Shown: positions 41,766-51,529 of the stretch, piece by piece | Layout of the letters: each line of letters begins with the position of its first letter | Position numbering within the stretch: the first letter of the stretch is position 1 | Program-made: the position numbers and the translations under genes | DNA from: Thiohalocapsa sp. | GTDB lineage: Bacteria; Pseudomonadota; Gammaproteobacteria; Chromatiales; Chromatiaceae | Assembly (NCBI RefSeq): GCF_022340605.1 | Contig: NZ_JAJDNQ010000064.1 | Span: forward strand, 1,586-65,585 | DNA: 64,000 nt | Direction: 5' to 3' | Notes under the pieces: model-generated | The model's database searches: none | Told to the model about the DNA's origin: nothing | What the model saw: only the letters and a program-made list of their open reading frames with translations

Positions 41766-42872
41766 CTAGAGCCGCATGGGCATCACAACAAATGTCTCGC
41801 TCTCGCAGCCGACTCCGCGCCAAATCGAGCTGCTGTCCGCGTCCTGAAACGAGATCTCCACATCTTCGACATCCATACTCTGCAGCGCATCCATCAAGTA
41901 CGCCACGTTGAAGCCGATCGTGACCGCCTCGTCAGAGTAGTCCGTTTCCAGCTCATCTTCCGCAAGTTCGTGCTCAGGGTTCTGCGCCTGAAGGCCAACA
42001 ACCCCAGCGCCAAAGCTCACGCGCACGCCCTTGTATTTCTCGTTCGAAAGGATAGCAGCCCGCTGCAACGCCGTCCGCATGCTGTCACGGGCGACCACTG
42101 CACGCCTTGGCAGGCCCTTCGGTATCACCCGCTGATACTCAGGATACTTTCCGTCAACGAGCTTCGAGCTGAGGATCGTCGAACCGATCTTTACCAGTAT
42201 CGACCGCTCGCCCCAAAAGAACTCCACCGGGTCGTCCTGCTCCGACAACAACCGACGCAATTCCGACACCGTCTTTGCGGGCAAGATCAGCTGCTGCCCG
42301 CTTTCCGCGTCCACGCCAACCTGGTCCACGGAAAAACGCGACAATCGATGCCCATCCGTCGCCACCGCCGTGAGCATGCCATCGGAAAACTCAAGCAGAA
42401 CACCGTTCAGGTAATACCGCACGTCTTGCTGGGCCATCGCAAAGGCGGTCTTATCCAGAAGCCGTTTCAACTCGCCCGCCGGCAACCGAAGCACTCGCAT
42501 GCCCTCTTCTGTCGCCATGCTGGGAAAGTCTGCGGCTGGCAGCGCCGACAGCGTGAAGCGCGTGCGGCCACTCGACACGACACATCGTTCCCGCTCCGTT
42601 CGCAACATGACCTTCGAGCCCTCCCGGAGCGAGCGGCAAAAATCCATCAGCTTCCGCGCCGGGACCGTTACAGCGCCAGACTCCAAGACTCCCGCAGAAC
42701 CCAGCCGCGTCTCAACCCCGAGCTCCAAATCCGTCGCTGCCAGCCGGAGGCCTGCATCTTCCGCCTGCAGCAGAACATTCGCCAGGATCGGCAAGGTCTG
42801 GCGGCGTTCCACGACCCCTCCGACGATACCCAGCGCCCCAACCAGTTCATCCCGAGGTATTTCGATCTTCAC
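41766..42872 (-). CDS. dnaN: DNA polymerase III beta sliding clamp
   Basis: VERRQTLPILANVL, ATDLE, QQDVRYYLNG, VATDGHRL, DGKYPEY, VVMPMRL. Confidence 0.98.
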   Translation of the reverse strand: MKIEIPRDELVGALGIVGGVVERRQTLPILANVLLQAEDAGLRLAATDLELGVETRLGSAGVLESGAVTVPARKLMDFCRSLREGSKVMLRTERERCVVSSGRTRFTLSALPAADFPSMATEEGMRVLRLPAGELKRLLDKTAFAMAQQDVRYYLNGVLLEFSDGMLTAVATDGHRLSRFSVDQVGVDAESGQQLILPAKTVSELRRLLSEQDDPVEFFWGERSILVKIGSTILSSKLVDGKYPEYQRVIPKGLPRRAVVARDSMRTALQRAAILSNEKYKGVRVSFGAGVVGLQAQNPEHELAEDELETDYSDEAVTIGFNVAYLMDALQSMDVEDVEISFQDADSSSIWRGVGCESETFVVMPMRL

Positions 42873-43079
42873 CCTGCCCTCACCTGTTGCCAATTACAGA
42901 ACTCTGAAGTATCCACTTTGTAATGGTTACAACGCTTGGGGAAAACCCCGCGCCGACCAATTGCCCCAAGCGCGGCCAGAGACTTACCGCAACTAAGAAC
43001 CTGTTAGCCGCGTGCGGCCTTGCTGTGGATAACCTGTCGACAAAACGGCCCGCGCAAGGCGCTCACAGCTTATCCACAA
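42873..43079. promoter_or_regulatory. DnaA-box cluster, candidate oriC (dnaA-dnaN intergenic)
   Basis: Perfect boxes TGTGGATAA (43024) and TTATCCACA (43070); degenerate boxes at 42909, 42937, 43035; AT-richer left part. Confidence 0.65.
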
Positions 43080-44426
43080 TCAGCTCGTCAGGGTTCTCAA
43101 CAGGATTCGGTAGTCTTCTTCGATCATCGTGTCACTTGCCCGCAATGCCTCGATCTTGCGCGTTGCGTGAATCACCGTGCTGTGGTCCCTGCCTCCGAAG
43201 GCGCTGCCAATCTCCGGCAGACTAGCCTTCGTCAGTTCCTTCGCCAGTGCCATCGCGACTTGCCGGGGGCGCGCGATGTTGCGCGTGCGCTTGGCCGAGG
43301 TGAGATCCGACACCCGCAACTTGTAATAGTTGGCGACGGTTTTCTGGATGTTCTCGATGGTAATCTGCCGATCCTGTGCAACAAGCATGTCACGCAGCAC
43401 TTCCCGAGTGAAGTCCATATCGATCTTAGCGCCCATGAACTGCGAATTTGCCACGAGCCGGCGCAACGCGCCCTCCAGTTCCCGGATATTCGAGGTCATG
43501 CGCTTGGCGATGAAGTAGCTCACCTCGTCCGGAAGCTCCATCTTCAGCAATGCCGCCTTGCTGTGCAGGATGGCAACCCGTGTTTCGAAGTCCGGCGGCT
43601 CGATGCCTACCGTCAGGCCCCAGCCGAAGCGCGATTTCAACCGCTCCTCCAAGCCACTGACCTCTTTCGGGTAGCGGTCGCTGGAGAGGACGATCTGTTG
43701 CTTACTCTCGAACAAGGCGTTGAACGTGTGGAAGAACTCCTCCTGCGAGCGATCCTTGTTCCCGAAGAACTGCACGTCGTCGATCAACAACGCGTTCACG
43801 CGCCGGTATCGGCCTTTGAACTCGTCGATCTTGTTGTGTTGCAAAGCCCGAATCATGTCCGAGACGAAGCGTTCGGAATGGACATAGATCACCCTCGCGC
43901 CTGGGTTCGAGTCCACGATGGTGTTGCCCACCGCGTGCATCAGATGGGTCTTGCCGAGTCCGACTCCCCCGTAGATAAACAGCGGGTTGTACGCCGTACC
44001 CGGGTTCTTGCCGATCTGCACCGACGCCGCGCGCGCAATCTGGTTGGACTTGCCTTCGACGAAAGTCTGGAACGTGAAATCCTTGTTCAGGTTGCTCTCC
44101 GCGCGACGGCGTTCCACTGAGGAATCGGCCTTGCTTGGCCTGCCGTCAGCGCTGCTTGAGGCGACGGCGGGGCTGGCGCCGTCACCAACGGCACCGATCT
44201 CGAATCGGACCTGATGAATCCGGCCAGTACTGATATCGGCGCAGAGCCGTGTAATCCGTTGCTCGTAATGCTGCTTGACCCAGTCCTTCACGAACCGATT
44301 CGGCGCGAGCAAGCAGATTGCATCATCGCTTTCGCGTGCCTGTAGCGGCATGATCCAAGTGCTGTACTCAGCGCCGGTCAAGTCCTGCTTCAGTGCGGTA
44401 GCGCAGGCGTCCCAGACCTCACTCAT
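43080..44426 (-). CDS. dnaA: Chromosomal replication initiator DnaA
   Basis: [59 protein letters not shown]. Confidence 0.99.
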   Translation of the reverse strand: MSEVWDACATALKQDLTGAEYSTWIMPLQARESDDAICLLAPNRFVKDWVKQHYEQRITRLCADISTGRIHQVRFEIGAVGDGASPAVASSSADGRPSKADSSVERRRAESNLNKDFTFQTFVEGKSNQIARAASVQIGKNPGTAYNPLFIYGGVGLGKTHLMHAVGNTIVDSNPGARVIYVHSERFVSDMIRALQHNKIDEFKGRYRRVNALLIDDVQFFGNKDRSQEEFFHTFNALFESKQQIVLSSDRYPKEVSGLEERLKSRFGWGLTVGIEPPDFETRVAILHSKAALLKMELPDEVSYFIAKRMTSNIRELEGALRRLVANSQFMGAKIDMDFTREVLRDMLVAQDRQITIENIQKTVANYYKLRVSDLTSAKRTRNIARPRQVAMALAKELTKASLPEIGSAFGGRDHSTVIHATRKIEALRASDTMIEEDYRILLRTLTS

Positions 44427-44549
44427 GTTGGCGTTGTCCCCCCCTCTGTCGGTAGGTTGATCGACCAATCGGCCAGGCGGCCGACACCCCGACGGAACGG
44501 CATGAGTTTGCCGTGCCGTCCGCCCGAACGGCGACGGATCGCCCGCAGT

Positions 44550-44577
44550 CTATCCACATGCATCGATGTTATCCACA
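44550..44577. promoter_or_regulatory. DnaA boxes in the dnaA promoter region
   Basis: CTATCCACA (44550) and TTATCCACA (44569). Confidence 0.8.
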
Positions 44578-44715
44578 GCCTTCCGACGGTCGAGCAACGG
44601 CGATGACCATTGCAAAACGCGCGTGAGGGGGCTATGCTTCGCCGTCTTTGCGCGGGCCGCCGCCGCATCGCCCAGCGTGCCCGGAGATCCCCGCATCTCT
44701 AATAGGAATCCCGCA

Positions 44716-44850
44716 GTGAAACAGACCTTTAAGCCCAGCTGCCTGAAGCGCGCACGGACCCATGGCTTTCGAGCCCGAACTGCGACCCGCAACGGTCGCA
44801 AGGTACTTAAAGCCCGGCGCGCAAAAGGCCGCGTGCGCCTGTCGCCGTAG
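44716..44850 (+). CDS. rpmH: 50S ribosomal protein L34
   Basis: GTG start: [44 protein letters not shown]. Confidence 0.96.
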   Translation: MKQTFKPSCLKRARTHGFRARTATRNGRKVLKARRAKGRVRLSP

Positions 44851-44910
44851 CCAGTCGCCGTAGCAACAGACCGCCACGTCTCGCGGCTGAATTGCCGAGT
44901 CGTCGAGGAC

Positions 44911-45318
44911 TTGTCCGCCGCACACCGCGAAGCTCGATTCCCCCGGTCGCGCCGGCTGCTGCGCGGGACGCAGTTCAAGCGCGTTTTCGACCGGCCCGAG
45001 CGCTGCGCCGATGCCTGTTTTGCCATCGCCGCACGCCGCAGCCAGTCGGACGCTCCGTTCGGTGGCACCGCCAGACTTGGCCTCGCTATCTCCCGCAAGG
45101 CACTGCCCCACGCGGTCGACCGCAACCGAATCAAGCGCATCGTGCGCGAAGCGTTTCGCCTACGGCGGTGGCCCTGCAGCGTAGACCTCGTCGTGGTCGG
45201 TCGTGCCGGACTCAGACGTGCAGCCAACGCCGAAGTCCGGCAATCCGTAGAAGCGCACTTCGACAGGATTCGCCAGCGCCTGTGTGGCACCGCTTCGGCA
45301 CACGTCCCGGAGCGCTGA
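44911..45318 (+). CDS. rnpA: Ribonuclease P protein component
   Basis: FPRSRRL...FKRVF, ARLGLAISRK...AVDRNRIKRIVREAFR. Confidence 0.95.
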   Translation: MSAAHREARFPRSRRLLRGTQFKRVFDRPERCADACFAIAARRSQSDAPFGGTARLGLAISRKALPHAVDRNRIKRIVREAFRLRRWPCSVDLVVVGRAGLRRAANAEVRQSVEAHFDRIRQRLCGTASAHVPER

Positions 45319-45415
45319 CTGCCGCACCCAAACCCGGTGGGAAGCCTACACCTGCTGCCCGCGCTCCGCGCCGCAGCCGTTCACTCCGACGCTTCAACCA
45401 TAGCAGTCCAACGCA

Positions 45416-47137
45416 ATGGATAACTTCCGGCTCATCCTCCTGTTGTCGCTGGCCGCGGTGCTCTTCCTGATCTACCAGGCCTGGGTCCAGGATTACGGGC
45501 AGCCCACACAGCCCCAGCAGATCGCAACAACCGAAGCCCCGCCTGCGGGCGACGAACCGTCCGCGGTACCCACCGACCAAACCGTCGCGACCCCAACAGA
45601 CACCCCGGACGCACCGCCCGTCGCGGCTGCACAAACACCCTCGAGCCCGACCGCCGGGCGCCCGGCAGCGACCGTGCCTCCGGCAGAGGGCACCGCCGAG
45701 CTCGTCACCGTCGAGACCGACGTCCTCCGTGCCGAGATCTCGACGCGCGGCGGTACTCTGCAGGCCTTGTGGCTGAAAGATTACCCGGCTGTTGCCAACC
45801 GTCCGGACGTCCCGCTGCAGCTGCTGAAGCCGGACACGCCCAACATGTTCATCGCGCAGTCGGGGCTGCTGGGCAACGCTGATACGAAGGTCCCGACTCA
45901 CAATGACGTCTTCACCGCGGAGCGCACGAGCTACCGGCTCAAGCACGGCGAGGACGACCTGCTGGTGGAGCTCGTCTGGCGGGGCGACGACGGCGTCGAG
46001 GTGACCAAGCGCTACAGGTTCAAGCGCGGCAGTTACCTGATTCGCGCCGAGCAGTCGGTGAACAACGGCAGCGACCATCCCGTCGCCATTCGCAACTACG
46101 ATCAGCTCCAGCGTACCGAGCTCATCGACCCCAACGAGGCCAGGTTCGTTCGCACTTATACCGGTGGCGCCTACTACGGTCCCGACGTCAAGTACAAGAA
46201 GGAGACCTTCGAGGACATGGACAAGCGTCCGCTGGACGTGACGATCACCGGCGGCTGGATCGCCATGCTCCAGCACTACTTCATGGCGGCGTGGATCCCG
46301 GATCAGGATCTAACGGAGACCTTCTATAGCAAGGTGGTCGGCAGCGGCCACTACATCATCGGCAAGTATTCGCCGACCGAGACCGTGCCCGCCGGCGCCA
46401 ACTACACCTTCGAGAACAAGCTCTTCGCCGGGCCCAAGCTTCAGGATGAGTTGGACAAGATCGCGGACGGACTCGATCTCGCCGTGGACTACGGCTGGCT
46501 CACCGTCCTCGCAAGGCCCATCTTCTGGCTCCTCGAGATGATCCACCGCCTTGTCGGCAACTGGGGCTGGTCCATCATCATCCTGACCATTCTCATCAAG
46601 GGCTCCTTCTACAAGCTCTCAGAGGCCAGCTATAAGTCCATGGCCCACATGCGCAAGGTGGCGCCGAGATTGAAGGCCCTGAAGGACCGCTATGGGGACG
46701 ACAAGGAGCGCCTGAATCAGGCGATGATGGATCTGTACAAGAAGGAGAAGATCAATCCCCTCGGTGGCTGCTTGCCGATCTTGGTGCAAATCCCGGTGTT
46801 CATTTCGCTCTACTGGGTGCTGCTGAAAAGCGTTGAAATGCGCTATGCGCCCTTCATGCTCTGGATCCACAACTTGAGCGCGCCGGATCCCTATTACGTC
46901 TTGCCGCTGATCATGGGCGTGTCCATGTTCGTGCAGCAAAAGCTGAATCCGCCGCCGCCGGACCCTATGCAGGAAAAGCTCTTCATGGCCCTGCCGTTCG
47001 TGTTCACGGTGTTTTTTGCCTTCTTCCCGGCCGGCTTGGTGCTCTACTGGACCGTGAACAACCTCCTGTCCATCGCGCAGCAGTGGTACATCACCCGCAA
47101 AATCGAGCGAGAGGATGCGGCCAAGCATCGCGCCTGA
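45416..47137 (+). CDS. yidC: Membrane protein insertase YidC
   Basis: GWIAMLQHYF, VDYGWL, GNWGWSII, KINPLGGCLPILVQIP, GLVLYW. Confidence 0.98.
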   Translation: MDNFRLILLLSLAAVLFLIYQAWVQDYGQPTQPQQIATTEAPPAGDEPSAVPTDQTVATPTDTPDAPPVAAAQTPSSPTAGRPAATVPPAEGTAELVTVETDVLRAEISTRGGTLQALWLKDYPAVANRPDVPLQLLKPDTPNMFIAQSGLLGNADTKVPTHNDVFTAERTSYRLKHGEDDLLVELVWRGDDGVEVTKRYRFKRGSYLIRAEQSVNNGSDHPVAIRNYDQLQRTELIDPNEARFVRTYTGGAYYGPDVKYKKETFEDMDKRPLDVTITGGWIAMLQHYFMAAWIPDQDLTETFYSKVVGSGHYIIGKYSPTETVPAGANYTFENKLFAGPKLQDELDKIADGLDLAVDYGWLTVLARPIFWLLEMIHRLVGNWGWSIIILTILIKGSFYKLSEASYKSMAHMRKVAPRLKALKDRYGDDKERLNQAMMDLYKKEKINPLGGCLPILVQIPVFISLYWVLLKSVEMRYAPFMLWIHNLSAPDPYYVLPLIMGVSMFVQQKLNPPPPDPMQEKLFMALPFVFTVFFAFFPAGLVLYWTVNNLLSIAQQWYITRKIEREDAAKHRA

Positions 47138-47199
47138 TGCTTGAACCGGGTGCATGAACTGGATATCGGTGTCGGCTAGGTGGTGCGGCTCGGTGTGAC

Positions 47200-48546
47200 G
47201 TGACCGGGCGCGACACCATCGCCGCCATCGCTACGCCACCCGGCGTCGGTGCCGTCGGCATCCTACGCATCTCCGGACCACGCGCCGCGGACATCGCCGT
47301 CTCGCTCCTCGGACGGTTGCCGCAACCACGCCGGGCACTGCTCGCGCGCTTTCTGGACGCGGACGGCGAGGCCATCGACCAGGGCCTCGCCCTCTACTTC
47401 CCCGCGCCGCACTCCTTTACCGGCGAAGACGTGCTGGAGTTCCAGGGCCACGGCGGGCCGGTTGTGTTGGATCGGCTGCTTGCCCGCCTGCTGGCGCTCG
47501 GCGCCCGCGCCGCCCGTCCCGGCGAGTTCACGGAGCGCGCCTTCCTTGAAGGCAAGCTGGATCTCACCCGCGCCGAGGCGATCGCCGACCTCATCGCCAG
47601 CGGAACCGAGCAACAGGCTCGACTCGCCGCCCGCTCCCTGCAAGGCGCCTTTGCACGCCGCGTGGAAGCCCTGCTGGAGGCGCTCACCGCCGTGCGCGTC
47701 CTATTGGAAGCGACCCTCGACTTCCCGGACGAGGACCTCGATCCGCGCCTCGGGGCAGACATCGAGGTGGCGCTGGCTCGGCTGCTTGCCGACGTCGACG
47801 CCTTGCTCGCCATCGCGCGGCGCGGCGAGCGCCTCCGCGACGGCCTGCTGGTGGTGCTGGCCGGCGCACCCAACGCGGGCAAATCCAGCCTGTTGAACGC
47901 GCTGTTGGAAACCGATCGGGCCATCGTGACCCCAATCCCCGGCACCACCCGCGACCTCTTGCACGCGGACGTCCAAATCGATGGCCTGCCGCTGCGGGTC
48001 GTGGATACCGCAGGGCTTCGGCTTTCGCTCGACCCCATCGAGCAGGAGGGCGTACGCCGAGCCCGTGAGCAGATCGACCACGCAGACTTGGTGCTGTGGG
48101 TCATCGACGACGCCGATCCACAAGCCGGCGCGCGTCCCCCGCCGGACCTGCCGGCCCAGGTGCCGGTGCTTGGTATCCGCAACAAGATCGACCTGACGGG
48201 CCGCTCACCCGGCGAATGCCCGGGCATCGATGGCACAACCGAGATCGCCTGCTCCGCCACGACCGGCGCAGGGCTCGACGCCCTGCGACGTGCCCTGACC
48301 CAGCAGGCCGGCCTCGGCGCCGATGGTGGCGGCGAGTTCAGTGCCCGGCGTCGACACCTCGACGCGCTACGTCGCACCGGCGCGCACCTGCGTGCCGCGG
48401 CCGCGGCTCAAGGTGAAGGCCAATTGCCGGAGCTCGTCGCCGAGGATCTCCGCCTCGCTCAACGCAGCCTCGGCGAGATCACCGGCGCCGTCTCCTCGGA
48501 CGAACTCTTGGGCCGCATCTTCAACGAATTTTGCATCGGCAAGTAG
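47200..48546 (+). CDS. mnmE: tRNA modification GTPase MnmE
   Basis: DTIAAIATPPG, SFTGED, PGEFTERAF, GAPNAGKSSL, GTTRD, DTAG, NKID, FCIGK. Confidence 0.98.
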   Translation: MTGRDTIAAIATPPGVGAVGILRISGPRAADIAVSLLGRLPQPRRALLARFLDADGEAIDQGLALYFPAPHSFTGEDVLEFQGHGGPVVLDRLLARLLALGARAARPGEFTERAFLEGKLDLTRAEAIADLIASGTEQQARLAARSLQGAFARRVEALLEALTAVRVLLEATLDFPDEDLDPRLGADIEVALARLLADVDALLAIARRGERLRDGLLVVLAGAPNAGKSSLLNALLETDRAIVTPIPGTTRDLLHADVQIDGLPLRVVDTAGLRLSLDPIEQEGVRRAREQIDHADLVLWVIDDADPQAGARPPPDLPAQVPVLGIRNKIDLTGRSPGECPGIDGTTEIACSATTGAGLDALRRALTQQAGLGADGGGEFSARRRHLDALRRTGAHLRAAAAAQGEGQLPELVAEDLRLAQRSLGEITGAVSSDELLGRIFNEFCIGK

Positions 48547-48646
48547 CCGCAGCTTCCACAATGTTTGCCGCCTGAAGCCCTAGAGCAAGCGTGCTCATCC
48601 CGATAGCATGGTTCTGCCGAAACAGGCGATTACGGGAGATCGTTTC

Positions 48647-49054
48647 ATGAAGTTCCAGCTTGCGGCCACCTCCCTGGCCCTCGGCCTCATGGCCTCGCCG
48701 GCCATGGCCAACGACAATGTCGACGCGGCAGTCGGCGGCGCCCTCGGCGCCGGCCTCGGCGCCCTCCTCGGCAACCAAGTCGGCGGACAAACCGGCGCCG
48801 TCGTCGGCGGCGCCCTCGGCGGTGCGGCCGGTGCTGCGGTAACGACGAATGACGACCGACGCGACCGCTATGCGCGGCGTCGCGACGACGACCACCATCG
48901 AGACCATCGCTATACGCGTCGTTGGGATCACGACCACCGCCACTATCGCTACGTGCGGCATTGGGATAATAGCCACCGCTACTACCGCGACAGTTACCAC
49001 GATGGCCGCAAGGGCTGTCCCCCCGGACTCGCCCGACAGGGGCGCTGCCGCTAG
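48647..49054 (+). CDS. Exported glycine-zipper protein with His/Arg/Asp-rich repeats
   Basis: Signal peptide (..PAMA), GGALGAGLGALLG zipper, three ~13-aa repeats, C-terminal GCPPGLARQGRC; GGGAG RBS. Confidence 0.85.
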   Translation: MKFQLAATSLALGLMASPAMANDNVDAAVGGALGAGLGALLGNQVGGQTGAVVGGALGGAAGAAVTTNDDRRDRYARRRDDDHHRDHRYTRRWDHDHRHYRYVRHWDNSHRYYRDSYHDGRKGCPPGLARQGRCR

Positions 49055-49127
49055 TGCGTGACTTCTCCTACCAAACGCAGCGAAAGTTGTGTCAGTCGCA
49101 CACGTACCCGCGGAGCCTCTGAAGAGG

Positions 49128-49205
49128 AACTACGAAACATGCAAAAGGCGCGAAAATTCGCGATCCTGTCGCAAATCAGCGCCTTTTTGCGTGTTTCGTG
49201 TAGTT
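49128..49205. repeat. 78-bp imperfect palindrome (REP/REPIN-like element or terminator)
   Basis: AACTACGAAACATGCAAAAGGCGC...GCGA-TCCTG-TCGC...GCGCCTTTTTGCGTGTTTCGTGTAGTT. Confidence 0.75.
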
Positions 49206-49389
49206 ACAAAATTCCGGTGTCTTCAGGGCAGCCGTGCTGTTCAGTGCTGACACTACCAGCGAGATGCTCAATAACTTTGCTGTCGTTGTCGAGTATCCGA
49301 CCACAGCCACAACCTGGGACGGTCTCTCGGGACTTGCGCACTGTTGCAGTGGTCCCCCCTTGCTCCTTTCCTCGCGCGCCAACACGGAA

Positions 49390-50727
49390 TCAGGGTAAAA
49401 ACAGCCGCGCTGCCGCGCAGGGATTGGACGCAAAGTACAGGTGCAAATAGCTCGCCCGGACCGAGCCCAATGCATAGAAGGGCTCACCGGGCAGCTGTCC
49501 GTGCTGGCGAATCCCATTGCCGACGGGCTCCACCTCCGTCGTCATCGTCGAGTGATGGAAGCTGTGCCCGCGCAACTCGCCGGCCGGCAGTCGGAGTGCC
49601 TGCATGCCGAGCCCGGCGAGCCGCGGCTGCATGCGCCCCTCACCCCGCAGCAGTCCCACAAGCCCGCCGCGCCAGCCGGCCTTGTCCGTCAGACCATCGA
49701 GTAGATACAGCATGCCCCCGCATTCGGCGTAGAGCGAACGGCCGGCGGCCGCATGCCGGCGCAGCGCCGCGTGCATGGACGCGTTGGCAGCCAGCGCCTC
49801 CAGGTGGAGCTCGGGGTAGCCGCCCGGCAGGTACACCGCGTCCGCGTCCACATCGGCATCTGCGAGCGGAGAAAAGAACGAGATCTCGGCGCCGAGCGCC
49901 CGCAGCAGCCTGAGGTTCTCTGCATACAAGAAGGAAAAGGCCGCATCACGCGCCACGGCGATGCGCTGGCCTGCCAAGCGTTCCGGCGCCGGTGCCTGCA
50001 CGGGCGGTGGCGCGAAGTCCACTTCCGGCAGCATGGTCGCGAGCGGAGCATCGGCGACCTGTTCCGCCATGGCGTTCAGGCGTTCGTCGAGATCCGCGAT
50101 CTCCCCCGCCTGCACCAGCCCCAGGTGACGGCTGGGCAGCGCCGCGTCCTGCAGCCGCGGCAACGCCGCCAGCAACCCGATTCCATCCGGGAGCCCGGCG
50201 GCGAGCATCTGCCGGTGCCGGTCGCCGCCGACCCGATTGGCAACGACACCCGCGAGCTTTACGCCGGGGCGGCGTGCGGCCAGTCCGAGTGCGACGGCAC
50301 CGAAGGTCTGGCCCATGCCGCGGGCATCGATCAGAGCCACCACCGGCAATCCAAAACGCTCGGCCAGGTCCGCGGCGCTCGGCTCACCATCGAAAAGCCC
50401 CATCGCGCCCTCCACCAAAATGACGTCCGCATCGCCGGCGGCGTCATGCAACAGCCGCGCACATTCGTCGGCGCCCACCATCCACAGATCCAATGGCAGC
50501 ACCTCGGCGCCACTCGCGTGCTCCAGCACCATCGGGTCCAGGAAGTCCGGCCCGATTTTGAACACACGCACGCGCCGCCCTTGCCGCACATGATGCCTGG
50601 CCAGGGCAGCCGTGAGCGTCGTCTTGCCCTGCCCGGAAGCCGTCGCCGCAAGCAACAGCGCCGCACACCGGCGCGCACTGCCCCGCCGTATGGTCGGATC
50701 ACTAGTGGCTTCAATTCGCGTTCGCAT
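49390..50727 (-). CDS. cobB: Cobyrinate a,c-diamide synthase
   Basis: SGQGKTT, FKIGPDFLDP, EGAMGLFDG, LPSRHLGL, DAAFSFLY, PGGYPEL, AECGG, HSFH. Confidence 0.95.
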   Translation of the reverse strand: MRTRIEATSDPTIRRGSARRCAALLLAATASGQGKTTLTAALARHHVRQGRRVRVFKIGPDFLDPMVLEHASGAEVLPLDLWMVGADECARLLHDAAGDADVILVEGAMGLFDGEPSAADLAERFGLPVVALIDARGMGQTFGAVALGLAARRPGVKLAGVVANRVGGDRHRQMLAAGLPDGIGLLAALPRLQDAALPSRHLGLVQAGEIADLDERLNAMAEQVADAPLATMLPEVDFAPPPVQAPAPERLAGQRIAVARDAAFSFLYAENLRLLRALGAEISFFSPLADADVDADAVYLPGGYPELHLEALAANASMHAALRRHAAAGRSLYAECGGMLYLLDGLTDKAGWRGGLVGLLRGEGRMQPRLAGLGMQALRLPAGELRGHSFHHSTMTTEVEPVGNGIRQHGQLPGEPFYALGSVRASYLHLYFASNPCAAARLFLP

Positions 50728-51529
50728 CGAGACCCCCTCCCAGACCTCTTCCCTTCTCCCGTGCCCAGGGCACGATGTACGCCTGGCCCGCGTGCACGCC
50801 CGTCACGGCTTCAATACCGTAGACTCGCCGCAGCTGCTCGGGCGTCAAGACATCGTTGACCGGTCCGGACGCCACGGGCCGGCCCTGGTTCAGCAACAAC
50901 AGCCGATCGCAAAAGCGGCTGGCCATGGTAAGGTCGTGCAATACCACGATGGCGCCACCGCCACCCACGCAATGGACGCGTAGCAGTTCCATGACGTCGA
51001 GCTGGTGGCGTGGGTCCAGCGCCGCCACCGGTTCGTCCGCCAGGATCAGCGGCGCGTTCACCGCGAGCACCCGGGCGAGCCGCGCCCGCGCTCGTTCGCC
51101 GCCGGAAAGCTGGTCGGCGCGGCGTCCGCGCAAGGTCCAGACATCCGCCGCCCGCATGGCCATCTCCACCGCGCCCCCCGCGTCCCCGGCAGCGTCGGAC
51201 CCACCCCAGGGTGAGCGGTGCGGGTGGCGACCGAGGGCCACCAGATCCTGTACCAGGATGGGCCATTGCACCTGATCGTCCTGGCTTAGATAGGCCATGC
51301 CGCGCGCGCGCTCCCGTGCGCCGAACCGCCGCACCGACCGGCCCTGGAGCCGCACGTCGCCGCGGTGGGGCAACAACTGTGCGATCGCCTTCACGACCGT
51401 GGACTTGCCGGCGCCGTTGGGGCCGATCAGGCCCAGCAACTCGCCCGAATCCAGCCGCAGGTCCACGCCCTCCACCACCAGCCGCGCACCGAGGCGTACC
51501 TCGAGGCCTTGCACAGACAACAGGCTCAT
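50711..51529 (-). CDS. ABC transporter ATP-binding protein (BtuD/FecE-like)
   Basis: GPNGAGKST, LSGGE, ILADEP, VLHDL. Confidence 0.93.
   Translation of the reverse strand: MSLLSVQGLEVRLGARLVVEGVDLRLDSGELLGLIGPNGAGKSTVVKAIAQLLPHRGDVRLQGRSVRRFGARERARGMAYLSQDDQVQWPILVQDLVALGRHPHRSPWGGSDAAGDAGGAVEMAMRAADVWTLRGRRADQLSGGERARARLARVLAVNAPLILADEPVAALDPRHQLDVMELLRVHCVGGGGAIVVLHDLTMASRFCDRLLLLNQGRPVASGPVNDVLTPEQLRRVYGIEAVTGVHAGQAYIVPWAREKGRGLGGGLDANAN

Noticed and set aside
45319-45415. yidD remnant
   Set aside because: Only a PGG tripeptide resembles YidD; none of its conserved Cys motifs are present
49058-49450. 130-aa ORF after the glycine-zipper gene
   Set aside because: It runs through the palindrome, overlaps the cobB end, and has no RBS or native codon usage
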